A stretch of 64,000 bases of DNA from Hypanus sabinus (Eukaryota), in NCBI RefSeq assembly GCF_030144855.1, contig NC_082707.1, positions 84,754,001 through 84,818,000 on the forward strand. The letters run 5' to 3'. Positions 11,235 through 21,991 of the stretch are shown piece after piece. The translations under genes and the position numbers were made by a program. Numbering within the stretch: the first letter of the stretch is position 1; the number at the start of each line of letters is the position of its first letter. The notes under the pieces are model-generated. The model was not told the origin of the DNA. It worked only from the letters and a program-made list of their open reading frames with translations, and did no database searches.

Positions 11235-13950
11235 TTTGAATAGTAGCCAGGATGTGAGATACAACTTACAATAGGAAAAAGGAAAGGTATACTGGGAAAA
11301 TCAGGTTGGTTCTTGACTCCAAGAGAAAGAATTTATAGAATAAGTACAAGATGACTTTTTAGGGCAGCTTGGGTCATGCCCACCTGGTAAAAAACAATTC
11401 TGGATTTGATCAGGGAGCTTAAGGTAAAGAAAGCTTGAAGAGACAGAGATCATAATAGGAGAGAATTCACCCTACATTTCAGAGGGAAGAGGATATATTA
11501 GTATAGTAAAGCAAAGCTAACTACAGGGGCAAGAACGATCAGCCGACCAAAGTTGATTACAAGGGGGGTCCCAGCAAAGATGATAGTAGAGCAGCAATAG
11601 CAGGCGTAATTCAGAAGATGTAGAATTATTTCATCCCAAAGAATCAGCAGTAGCAGCATTCTAAATAGAGTAAAAGGAAACAGTGGCCAACAAGAGAAGG
11701 CAAAGATAGCATAAAATCTAGAGAAGACACACAACATTTCAAAACTGAACAGGAAACTAAAGGATTGGGAAGCTTTTTAAAAACAACAGAAGGAAACTAA
11801 AACAAAGCAAAAAGGGAGAAAGGATGAAAATGAAAATAAGCTGGCCAATAATATAAAGCATACCAAAAGTATCTTTTTCAGATATATAAAGAGCACTGGA
11901 AAATGACACTGAAGTAGAAATGGGGGAAAACAGAGAAACAGAAAAACTGATAATATTGCGAGAGACCACATTGTGGAAGACACCAGAAAAAGTGCCAGCT
12001 GTTCCAGAGGATCAGGTGGAGAAGTGAGTGCAGTTACCATTACTAAAGAGAAGCTGAAATGTGAAAATGGATCAGTCACCTGGACTGAATGGACTCCATC
12101 TTAAGGTTCTGAAAGAAAATCTGAAGAGATTGTGGAGGCATTAGTAGTGATCTTTCTAAAAATCACTATAATCTCCAGGAGTTGTTTCAGAGGAATGCAA
12201 AATTGCTAAGTGTCACTCCACTCTTTTAAGGGATGGAGGCAGAAGTTGTAGACCAGTTAGCCTGACCTCAGTGGTTGGCAAGGGTAAGAGTCTATTACTT
12301 AGAATAAAGCTTTGAGATACTTGAAAACACATGATAAAATAGGCCAAAGTCAGCATGGTTTTGTGTTGGGGAAATCTTGCCTAACAAATCTGTTGGAATT
12401 CTTTGAGGAAATAACAGGCAGGTTAAATAAAGGAGTCAGCTAATGTTTGCCGGGATTTTCAGAAAGCCTTTGATGAGGTGACACACAAGTGATAAACAAG
12501 GAAAGCTGCTAGGATGGATAGAAGATTAGGTGACAGGCAGTGGGAATAAAGGTGGCCTTTTCTTGCTGGTTGTCAGTGACTAGTAGTTTTACCCAGGGGT
12601 CTTTGCTAGGTCCATTACTTTTCATATTATATGCCAGTGATCTAGATGACGAAGTTCACAGTTTGCAGATGATACAAAGATAGGTGAAGGGGCAGGTTTT
12701 GTTGTGAAAGCAGGGAGTCTGCAGAAGGACCTGGACAGATTAACAGAATTGGCAAAGTGGCAGATGGAATACAACATAGGGAACCATACACTTTGGTCAA
12801 AGGAGTAAAAGCAATAGACAATTTTCTAAATGGGGAAAGCATTCAGAAATCAGAGGCGAAATGGAACTTCGGAATCCTAACACAAACGAGAGTATCTGCA
12901 GATGCTGGAAATCCGTGCAACAAACAGAAAATGCAGGAGGAAATCAGCAGTTCTTGTGCAAGATTTTCTAAAGGTTAACTTACAGACTGAATCAATAGTA
13001 TGGAAGGGAAATAAATGTTAGCATTCATTTAAAGAGGATGAAGATATAAAAGCACTGATATAATTCTATAAAGCCTATCCTTATATGACACTAGCCAGAT
13101 CACATTTGGAGTACTATGAGAAGTTTAAGGCTCCATGTCTAAGAAAGGATATGCTGGCACTAGACAGGGCCCAGAGGAGGTCTACAAGAATGATCCTAGG
13201 GTTGTAAGGGTTAATGCATGAAGAATGTTTGATGGCTCTAGTTCTGTACTAAAGTACTCTGAAGGATGAGGGGGTTCTCACTGAAACCTACTGACTATTG
13301 AAGGGCCTGGATACAATGGATGGGGAGAGGATGTTTCACGTAGTGGGGAGGTCTAGCACCATAGAGCAGAGTTTGTCTCCCATCCATTCCATAATGTACT
13401 GGTTAGGCACAGGAGTACGTTCAGCCAGAGACTCATTCCACCGAGGTGTAACACTGAGCATCATAGGAAGTCATTCCTGCCTGTGGCATTCAAACTTTAC
13501 AACTCCTCCCCCAGAGTCAGACACCCTGAGCCAATAAGCTGGTCTTATTTCCATTTGGAATAATTTACTTATTATTATTTAATTATTTATGGTTTTATAT
13601 TGCTATATTTCTGCACTATTCTTGGTTGGTGCGACTGTAACAAAACCCAGTTTCCCTTGGGATCAATAAAGTATGTCTGTCAGTTTCAGAATAAAAGGGC
13701 ATCCCTTTGAATAGAGATGAGGAGGAATTTCTTTAGTCAGAGGGTAGTGAATTTATGGAATTCATTGGCATAGACAGCTGTGGAGTTAAGTCATTGGGTA
13801 TATTTAAAACAGAGGTCAATAAGTTCTTGATTAGCAAGGGTGTCAAAGGTTTCAAGAAGGCAAGAGAATGGAATTGAGAGTGAAAATATATCAGCCATAA
13901 GATAGTGAATCACTCAATGGGCCAAATGGTCTCCTATGCCTTATGTCACT
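11235..13950 (+). mobile_element. Old CR1 LINE ORF2, heavily decayed, with nested Penelope-end and Rex1 fragments
   Basis: Recognisable CR1 pieces (SQHGF..GKSCLTNLLEFFEE, FADDTKIG, RRNFFSQRVVNLWNSL) among many stops. Confidence 0.8.
13372..13681 (+). mobile_element. Rex1/Babar LINE 3' fragment (same young family as 23361-24060)
   Basis: Closely matches 23745-24055 and ends CAATAAAGTATGTCTGTC. Confidence 0.85.
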
Positions 13951-15279
13951 AGGGATAATTTACTGTTTACAATTCAACTAACGACCAATACAACTTCAGA
14001 ATGTAGAGGAAACCTGGGCACCTACATCATGGGGAGACAGCACTGGAGGTCAGAATCAAACCCAGGTAGCTGACCACATCTACAGCTGGACTGTCATCAA
14101 GGTCAAAAGTTTTTTTCCACATCTTTCTTCTTACTCTTTCATAATTTAAATGTATGTTCTTTAGTTTAGGCTCTTCTATCAAGGAAAAGGTCCTCTTATC
14201 TACACTGATTGAAGGTCCTTTTATCTAGACATCTCAAGATCTTCTATATGCAATTCAGCCTCTCCTCACCCACCACTTTCACAACGCTATCAACTTTGGC
14301 TTAACCAGTCTTTTCCAACTAGCAGAATTTTCCAACCCGGGTACTTGTAAACCTAGCCTTGCCAAGAGAACTACATATTTCTTACATGGCGAATAGAACT
14401 GTGTGTCATCACCCTACCAGTCTTATCTACATTTCCAGCATAACTCCTGTTTTCAGATTCTTTGCTTTGCATAAATAAAGCAACCTGTGTGTCTTTTTAA
14501 TGATTTTAATCTATACTAGAATCTTTGAGCCCACAAAGAACAATTTTCATCTGTTTAAGAAAATTCCATCACTTAAAGAGGCTGGGTGGCCAACTTTACA
14601 GGATTATCCAGTTACCTCCACAATATCAGTAAGGATTCAGAGAAGAACTTGTCAGATTTTTTTTAGTAACAAATACAGTTTTTGATTCAAGACCTAAGTA
14701 AAAAAGTCATTAATTGATGGAAAACTCAAACTGTGGCTGAGTTTACTAGTGTATCCAAGCTTATAAAACAGTCTGATTATCAACTAAAGAAGCTAGAAAG
14801 CAAGGCTCCTCACAGGAGAGGGCACTTCAATTCAAACCCAACTAATATTTAGACTCACAAGGCATTTTTTAAGCAGAAGTTAAAGTACTTGCATAAAAAC
14901 TTTCAAGAATTTAGCACATCCTAAAACACCCGAGTGCCAATTACATACTTTTCTAAAGGAAGATAAAAAAAAACAGTAGCCAATCTGGATAAAGGAAAGA
15001 TCTAGCAAACAGTAATCAGGTGGTCAGGATAAAACAAAAATCCTGTACTCATCTTTGAACAGTACCATACAGGTAGTTTTACAATTGCTTTTGCATTGAA
15101 GTGGGCATTGGTTGGTTATCAGCTTGGTAAAGGAATTGCTCTGCCTGAGACTGCAAGAAACTATAGAAGACCTCAAGAAATCTCCTGTCAATTTTACTCT
15201 CCAATGTTCATTCCCTGGAAAACAAACTTAATTACTTTCATCTGTAGCTGACCCAGTGGTGTGCCATCAATCTTTAGGC

Positions 15280-15625
15280 CATAGGTGTCAAACTCAAGGC
15301 CTGCGGGCCATATCCGGCCCGGCGTACAATTATATCCGGCCCGCGAGATCATTTTAGATAGATCTATTATTTTAATTATTAATGGCCCGGCGATATGAAG
15401 CCTATGATTGAAAGTTAATACCAATCATAAAAATAATGCTTGCTCAGCAGTCTTCTTCATAAGAAACTGAATTTGTAGTTATAGCAGAGACTGAGACACA
15501 TGAGAACAGGCTGAAAAAACAGAGGCAATGAAAGCTGCGCTCGCACGCGCCCGACTGATCCTGCCCGCATGAAGCTGCATTTTGCCCAATCCGGCCCGTG
15601 ACCTAAAATGAGTTTGACACCCCTG
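15280..15625. mobile_element. hAT MITE (346 bp)
   Basis: TIRs CATAGGTGTCAAACTCA / TGAGTTTGACACCCCTG. Perfect 8-bp TSD CTTTAGGC (15272-15279, 15626-15633). Subterminal GGCCCG repeats. Confidence 0.93.
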
Positions 15626-16079
15626 CTTTAGGCCATACCAATCAGGGTCTTGAGCTAATATTTTGTGACTATACTGTGCTGTAATGTAATTATGTTTTGC
15701 ACCCTGGCCCCAAAGGAACAATGTTTCATTTAGCTGTTAATACGTGTATGGTTGAATGACAATAGACTGAACTTGAAACTACAGAAGACCCCCCCCAAGA
15801 AACTACAAAGGGTCAGGGACACAACTCAACACCTCGTGGAAACCGAACTCTTCTTCATGGACTGTCTATATTTCTCAATACCTCAGGAAAGCAGCCAACA
15901 TATTCAACCATCCTGGTCATTCTTTTCTTCTCCCACAAACCCCCCCCCGACATTCAGCAGAAAGTATGTACTACCAGGATCAAGATCAGCCCTATCCTAC
16001 TGCAATAAAACTGTTGAACAAATCTCCTGACAGTTAATTTTATCATAACTCTTGACCTCAAGTTGTGGCATTTCACCTT

Positions 16080-16800
16080 AACTCAATACTATTATCCCCT
16101 CAACACTAATAACTAAGCTCCAAGATCTCGGCCTCAATGCCTCCTTGTGCAACTGGAGGCTTGATTTTCTCACTTGCAAACCCCAGTGAGTACGGATTGG
16201 CACTAACATCTCCTCTACAATCGCCATCAGCATACGCGCATCACAAGGCTGCGTACTTGTTCCCCATTCTACTCGATTTATATTCACGACTGTGAGGCTA
16301 ACTACAGCTCCAATGCCATATTTAATTTGCTGATAGCACCATTTGCTGTCATAGGCCAAATCAAAGATGGTGACAAATGGCACATAGGAGGGAGACTGAA
16401 AATCTGGTTGAATGGTGCCACAATAACCTCTCACTCAACATCAGCAACACCAAAGGCCTGATTTTTGGCCTTTATTAGAGCTGTACAGTGGACAGTACCC
16501 TGACTGGTTGCCCCATCTGGAAACACCAGAGTTCCGGAATGGAAAAAACTACAAATAAAAGTAGTGGATAGAGCCCAGTCCATCACAGGAAAGGCCCTTC
16601 CCACCTACAAGGAACCCTGCCACAAGAAAGCAGCATCCATCAAGGGCCCTGTCACACTCTATTCTCAATGCTGCCATCAGGAAGGAGGCACAGGAGACCT
16701 TAGGTCCCACACCCCCAGGTTCAGGAACAATTATTACCTTTCAACCACCAGGTTCCTGAACCAACATGGGTAACTTCACCTACCACAACACACAACTGAT
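16080..16800 (+). mobile_element. Rex1/Babar LINE RT and 3' fragment, decayed
   Basis: [26 protein letters not shown] and AQSITGKALP...FRNNYY motifs. Confidence 0.7.
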
Positions 16801-17419
16801 TCTCATGCATTAACATACCACCTTTAAACAAGAATGCAACACTATACATACACATCATCCCCAATGTAGTTTCACTATTGCCCTATTCTGAATTTACATA
16901 TTCTTCTATCACTTTTCAATCAACAGATCTCCATCCTTTCAGTAGTCTGAACATTGTGACTTACAATGCATCCCCTGAATATCTTCCTTTTTAAACTCAT
17001 CTTAAACCGAGGTACTCAAATCATGCTTCCAATCATTTGTCCTGATATTCATTTATATGGCTTGACTAACCACTTATGACTGAGTTGTAATGTTAAAAAT
17101 GCACACTACGAATGATTGAAACAAAATTCAAACAAACTACTCGGGGAACTCAGCGGGTTAAGTGGCAGCTGCGGAGGCAAAGGCCCGGTCAACGTTTAGG
17201 ACCGAACTCCTCTAAGTTTGAGTGTAATACCAGCACCTGCACTCGAATGTGTCTCCTTTGCCGATAAGGGATGTCAGCCATCAGGCCAGTATAACTTGTG
17301 ACTGCGGGGATCTTGGAGCAGAAGACTCAGAAACAAGCACGGGGGAAGGGGGGCTGAAACTATGGTTCCGCAATCTCCCGTGGCCCAGCACCCAATGATA
17401 TAGCCCACACAGCTCTTAC

Positions 17420-17456
17420 CCTCTCCATCTGGAAAGTACTCATCCTCCAAATCCAT
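17420..17456 (-). CDS. Probable first coding exon of an unidentified host gene (MDLEDEYFPDGE, phase-1 donor)
   Basis: Minus strand GGC-ATG-G (good Kozak context) GAT TTG GAG GAT GAG TAC TTT CCA GAT GGA GAG G|GTAAGA with a canonical donor, about 120 bp from a CpG-rich promoter. No downstream exon was found in 1-17400. Confidence 0.65.
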
Positions 17457-17519
17457 GCCTACGGACAAGTATCAGCCCGCTTTAATTCAATCTCAACCCT
17501 ACACACCCTTAATCCGATG

Positions 17520-17720
17520 TGTATTTGCAAAATGGTAACCGACCCTCCGGCCTACATACTCCAACATACTGCGCGTGCGCACAGGTTCGGGGGTCACTGG
17601 TCATGTGACCAGAGATGATAGGTCAAGCGGGCGCATGCGCAGACTTATCGCGGGCCGGGGACGTGGATGCGGGGTGAATGTACGTTCTTTAAATGCGGTT
17701 GCAGTCATATCTTTCCTTTC
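17520..17720. promoter_or_regulatory. CpG-rich promoter with two NRF1 motifs and a palindromic E-box (USF/MiT-TFE type)
   Basis: Unique, locally CpG-dense DNA. TGCGCGTGCGCA at 17570-17581, GCGCATGCGCA at 17631-17641, CTGGTCATGTGACCAG at 17597-17612, and an X-box-like GTTACCAT..GCAAAT on the minus strand near 17523-17539. Confidence 0.75.
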
Positions 17721-17974
17721 ATCTTTTGGCCTATCGTTTAGGGTATCAAATTTTCTGTGAAGTAAACCAGAATGTTTTTTTTAAACTTTTACTGTATTTG
17801 CAGTTTCTTAGGGGAATTGTCAGCATTCTGGGTTCATAGAAATAAAACGTTGGGCGTGCTGGAAGAGAGAGATAGCAACTGATAAAGTTGGAAATGTTCG
17901 GCATATCGGTAATATCCGTAGAGAGAGAAGTAATGTGTACACGAAAGAGATTAATCAGAAACTAATCAAAACCA

Positions 17975-18625
17975 ATACGCACAGCAGGCAATGAAGAAAG
18001 CTAATGGCATGTTGGCCTTCATAACAAGGGGAGTTGAGTGCAGGAGCAAAGAGGTCCTTCTGCATTTGTACAGGGCCCTGTTGAGACCACACCTGGAGTA
18101 TTGTGTTCAGTTTTGGTCTCCAAATTTGAGGAAGGACATTCTTGCTATTGAGGGAGTGCATCGCGAGGTTAATTCCCGGGATGGCGGGACTGTCATATGT
18201 TGAAAGATTGGAGCGACTGGGCTTGTTTACACTGGAATTTAAAAGGATGAGGGGGATTTGATTGAAACATGTAAGATTATTCAGGGATTGGGCATCCTAG
18301 AGACAGGAAACATGTTCCCGATGTTGGGGGAGTCCAGAACCAGAGGCCACAGTTTAAGAATAAGGGGTAGGCCATTTAGAACAGAGTTGAGGAAAAACTT
18401 TTTAACCCAGAGAGTTGTGGATCTATGGAATGCTCTGCCTCAGAAGGCAGTGGAGGCCAATTCTCTGGATGCTTTCAAGAAGGAGTTAGATAGAGCTCTT
18501 AAAGATAGCGGAGTCAAGGGATATGGGGAGAAGGCAGGAACGGGGTACTGATTGTGGATGATCAGCCATGATCACATTGAATGGCAGTGCTGGCTCGAAG
18601 GGCCTACTCCTGCTCCTATTGTCTA
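17975..18625 (+). mobile_element. 5'-truncated young CR1 LINE
   Basis: KKANGMLAFITRGVE...LEYCVQFWSPNLRKDI...GYGEKAGTGY*. Tail CTATTGTCTA. Confidence 0.92.
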
Positions 18626-18999
18626 TAAAATGCAGGTTTGCATTTTGAACTCAGCAGGTCAGGCAGCATCTATAAAAAAGAGTGAACAGTCAACGCTTTA
18701 GGCTGAGACCTGTCTTCAGGACTGAGCAAGAAGGGGGGAGATGCCAGAATATAATGGTGGAGGGGGATAGGTGAAGCCAGGTGGGTGGGAAAAGTCAAAG
18801 GCTGAAGAAGAGGGAATTACAGTCAATAGCTTTCATCGGAACTGGAGGATATAACAGGTTTTAACTATTTTATACCATTGACATTCATTGAATCCCATTA
18901 ACTTTTCCTTTGCTAAAACAGTTCAGATAGGTTGCTTCTGTATAATGACAATTTTACGGATCATATCTCATAGAGGTCATTGAAGCTTAAGGAATTAAG

Positions 19000-20110
19000 G
19001 GAATGACTAGTGACTTATTGGACCATACCTAAATGAAGATAGAGGAGATACAAAAGGTCTTAAGACATATTAAAGTGGATAAATTCATGGGGCCTTTTCA
19101 ACTACATCCTAGGACCCTGGGAGGCTAGGGGAGAAATTGCAGAGATCTTTGCATCACCTTTAGCTATGAATGAGATACTGGAAGGTTGGAAGGTGACTAG
19201 TGTTCTGCTTTTATTTAAAAAGGGTTGCAAGAAAAGCGAAGGAACTTATCAAAGTGGTGAGAATGTTATTGGAAGAACTTGTGAGAACGCAGGTCTACCA
19301 ATAATATGCATGGCTATATGTAAGGTAAATTGTACCAATTTTTAAAAATTCAGGTAACAAAGAAGATGGACAAGAATAGGTGGTAAATATTGTCAAAATG
19401 GACTTTAGCAAGGTCTTTAAGAAGTTCCTGCATGCTAGGCAATTCTGGATGGAGAGCTCACATAGGATTCAGGAAGAGCTAATCAACTGGGTACAAAACT
19501 GGCTGGATAGGAGACAGGGTGGTAGTTGGAGAGTTATTCAGGTTAGAGACCTGTGACCAGTGATATGCCACAGGAGTTGATGCTAAGTCCACTTCCTCAG
19601 CCTCCATGCTAAATACAGATGAAAAATATTAACACCTGGAAAATGAGTTGTGGGCCGGACATGAGGAAGGTTAGAACAAAGAAACAAATATCTCCATCGT
19701 ACTTGAGATTTTCCTTAGCAATGCCTAATGTTTGTAATCTTATTAACTGTTTGGATGAGCATGTTGTTAACATGATTAGCAAGTTTGCAGTTGACACCAA
19801 ACTTGGAGGTGTAGTGGACAGTGAAGAAGGTTATTTAAGATTATAGTGGGATCAATGTGAACTAGAGAAGCAGGTTAGAGAATGACAGATGAAGTTTAAC
19901 TTGGACAAGTGCACAATGTTGTTTTTTGACAAGTTAAACTACAGCAGGATTTACACAGTGAATGGTAAGACCATTGTTATAGCTCAGAGATACAGTATGA
20001 TGACCGTACATGTGAATAGAGTGGTAAAGAAGGTGTTCGGCACACTTGTCTTCACAGACTGCCAAAGAACCAAGTGTAGGAATGGGAACATTATGTTGCA
20101 ACTGTACAAG
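19000..20110 (+). mobile_element. Old CR1 RT fragments
   Basis: MDFSKVF, ISKFAVDTKLGGVVDSEEG and MKFNLDKC motifs. Confidence 0.7.
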
Positions 20111-20294
20111 TTGTTGATGTTTTACCATAGCTGTGTACGTGGCCCAAAGCAACACACACTGCATGCTGGAGGAACCCAGCAGGCCAGGCATTCTGGGCTG
20201 AGATTCTTCATCAGGACACAATGGAAGCAGTTTACCTCTGTGTGTTCTCCATCCGGTAGTTGACCAAATGAGAAGATCTCTTACTACCATACCA

Positions 20295-20530
20295 TAGTGA
20301 TAGGAACAATGCTTAACAGTACCAGCGATCCAGGTACAGTTCCCACTGCTGCCTGTAAGGAGTTTGTACGTTCTCCTCGTGACAGTATAAGTTTCTTCTG
20401 GGTGCTCTGGTTTTCCTCCACAGTCCAAAGACGTACTGATCGGTAGGTTACTTGGTCATTGTAAATTGACCCATGATTAGGCTAGGGTTAAATTACAGGC
20501 CCATCCATGCTGTATCTCAATAAATAAATA
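20295..20530 (+). mobile_element. tRNA-derived SINE (V-SINE/HE1-like core)
   Basis: Core GGGTGCTCTGGTTTTCCTCCACAGTCCAAAGACGTAC and A-rich tail. Related copies at about 27140-27450 (-), 34640-34800 (-), 46130-46390 (-) and 56110-56380 (+). Confidence 0.7.
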
Positions 20531-20677
20531 ATTAGAGTCAGTACCTATCAAAACTGGTCCTGTTGTATTTACTTGTTTTAGACATACATAATTATACTTG
20601 AGTGGATCTACCTTTCTGGATTTTAATTATTGATCTATCACAGTACAGTATTTGAGAATAGTGCTCTGAAGGATGTC

Positions 20678-21860
20678 CATAAGACTGTAAAATATAGGGT
20701 CAGAATTTGGCCATTTGGTCCATCGAATCTGCTCTGCCATTCCATGAAGGCTGATTTATAACCCCTCTCAATCCCATTCTCCTGCCTTTTCCCTGTAACC
20801 TTTGACACCCTGACTAGTAAGCAACTTACCAATCTCCACTTTAAATGACTTGGCAATGAATGCCACAGATTCACCATCCCCGGCTAAAGGGATTCCTCTG
20901 TTCTTAATGGACATCCCTCTATTCTGAGACTGGGCCCTCTGATCCTAGACTCGCCCACTATAGGAAACACTCCCAACACATCCATTCTACCTAGGCCTTT
21001 CAATATTCGATAGCTGTCAATGAGATCACCCCTCATTCTTCTGAACTCCTTTGAGTACAGGTCCAGAACCGTGAAACATTCCTCTTATATTAATTCTTTC
21101 ATTCCCAGAATTATTCTCGTGAACATCCTCTGGATCCTCACCAATGCCAGCATATCTTTCCTTCGATAAGGGACCCAACCCCAAACTGGTCAAAATGCCC
21201 CCAGTGTGGTCCGACCAATGCCTTATGAAGCCTCAGTATGACATCCTTGCTCCTATATTTTAGTCACCTCGAAATGAATGCTACTATTTCATTTGCCTTC
21301 CTTACCTACAAGATAACCTTTAGGGAATTCTGCACAAGGACTCCCAAATCCCTTTGCAACTTTGTGTTTTGAATTTTCATCCCACTTAGAACATAGTCTA
21401 TGCTTTTATTCCTTCAACCAAAGTGCATGACCATATATTTCCCGACACCATATTCCATCTGCCACTTCTTTGGCCGTTTCTCCAAGGAGTCTTAAGTCCT
21501 TCTGCAGACTCCCTACTTCCTCAATACTCCCTGCACCTCCACTGATCTTCAAATCTGATCACAAAGTCATCAATTCCATCATACAAATCACTGACAATGT
21601 GTAAAGAAATGGTCCCACCACTAATCTCTGAAATACTGTACCACTAGTCACCAGCAGCCAATCAGAAAAGGCCCCCTTTATTCTCACTTTTTGCCTCTTT
21701 CTGGTCAGCCAATCTTCTGTCCATGCTAGTATATTTTCTGTAATGTCTTGTTAAGTAGCCTAATGTGTGGCACCTTGTCAAGGCCTTCTGAAAATCAAGT
21801 AAACAACTTCCACTGACTCTCCTTTGTCCATCCTTCCTCTTATTTCCTCAACAGATTTGC
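20678..21860 (-). mobile_element. CR1 LINE RT 3' portion, decayed
   Basis: Reversed CR1 tail at 20678. The minus strand carries DFQKALDKVPH and WQMEY motifs. Confidence 0.8.
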
Positions 21861-21861
21861 C

Positions 21862-21985
21862 GGAAGGAAACTAGAGAAGTTAATGAATGGCATTCAGCTA
21901 GCAATGAAGCCCTGGACCTCAGACCTAACAAAATCTCTTGTTCTGCAAACTCGTGTTTCTCCAGAAATTGCTCTGTCATGCTAGA
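21862..21985 (+). mobile_element. Inverted, diverged second copy of a foamy-like pol connection segment
   Basis: Plus translation LEKLMNGIQLAMKPWTSDLTKSLVLQTRVSPEIAL aligns with minus LDKLMDAGQQAIDLQTKDLTKSLVLRIQVSPQTAV (22325-22435). GACCTAACAAAATCTCTTGTTCTGC is identical in both. Confidence 0.85.
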
Positions 21986-21991
21986 TTCGGT

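Noticed and set aside
14855-14925. Second exon of the gene starting at 17456 (AG...GTGAGT on the minus strand)
   Set aside because: It has in-frame stops in the required phase.
17274-17468. 64-aa ORF as a complete small protein
   Set aside because: It starts at a non-ATG codon and reads through a canonical GTAAGA donor; only the first 12 codons from the ATG look exonic.
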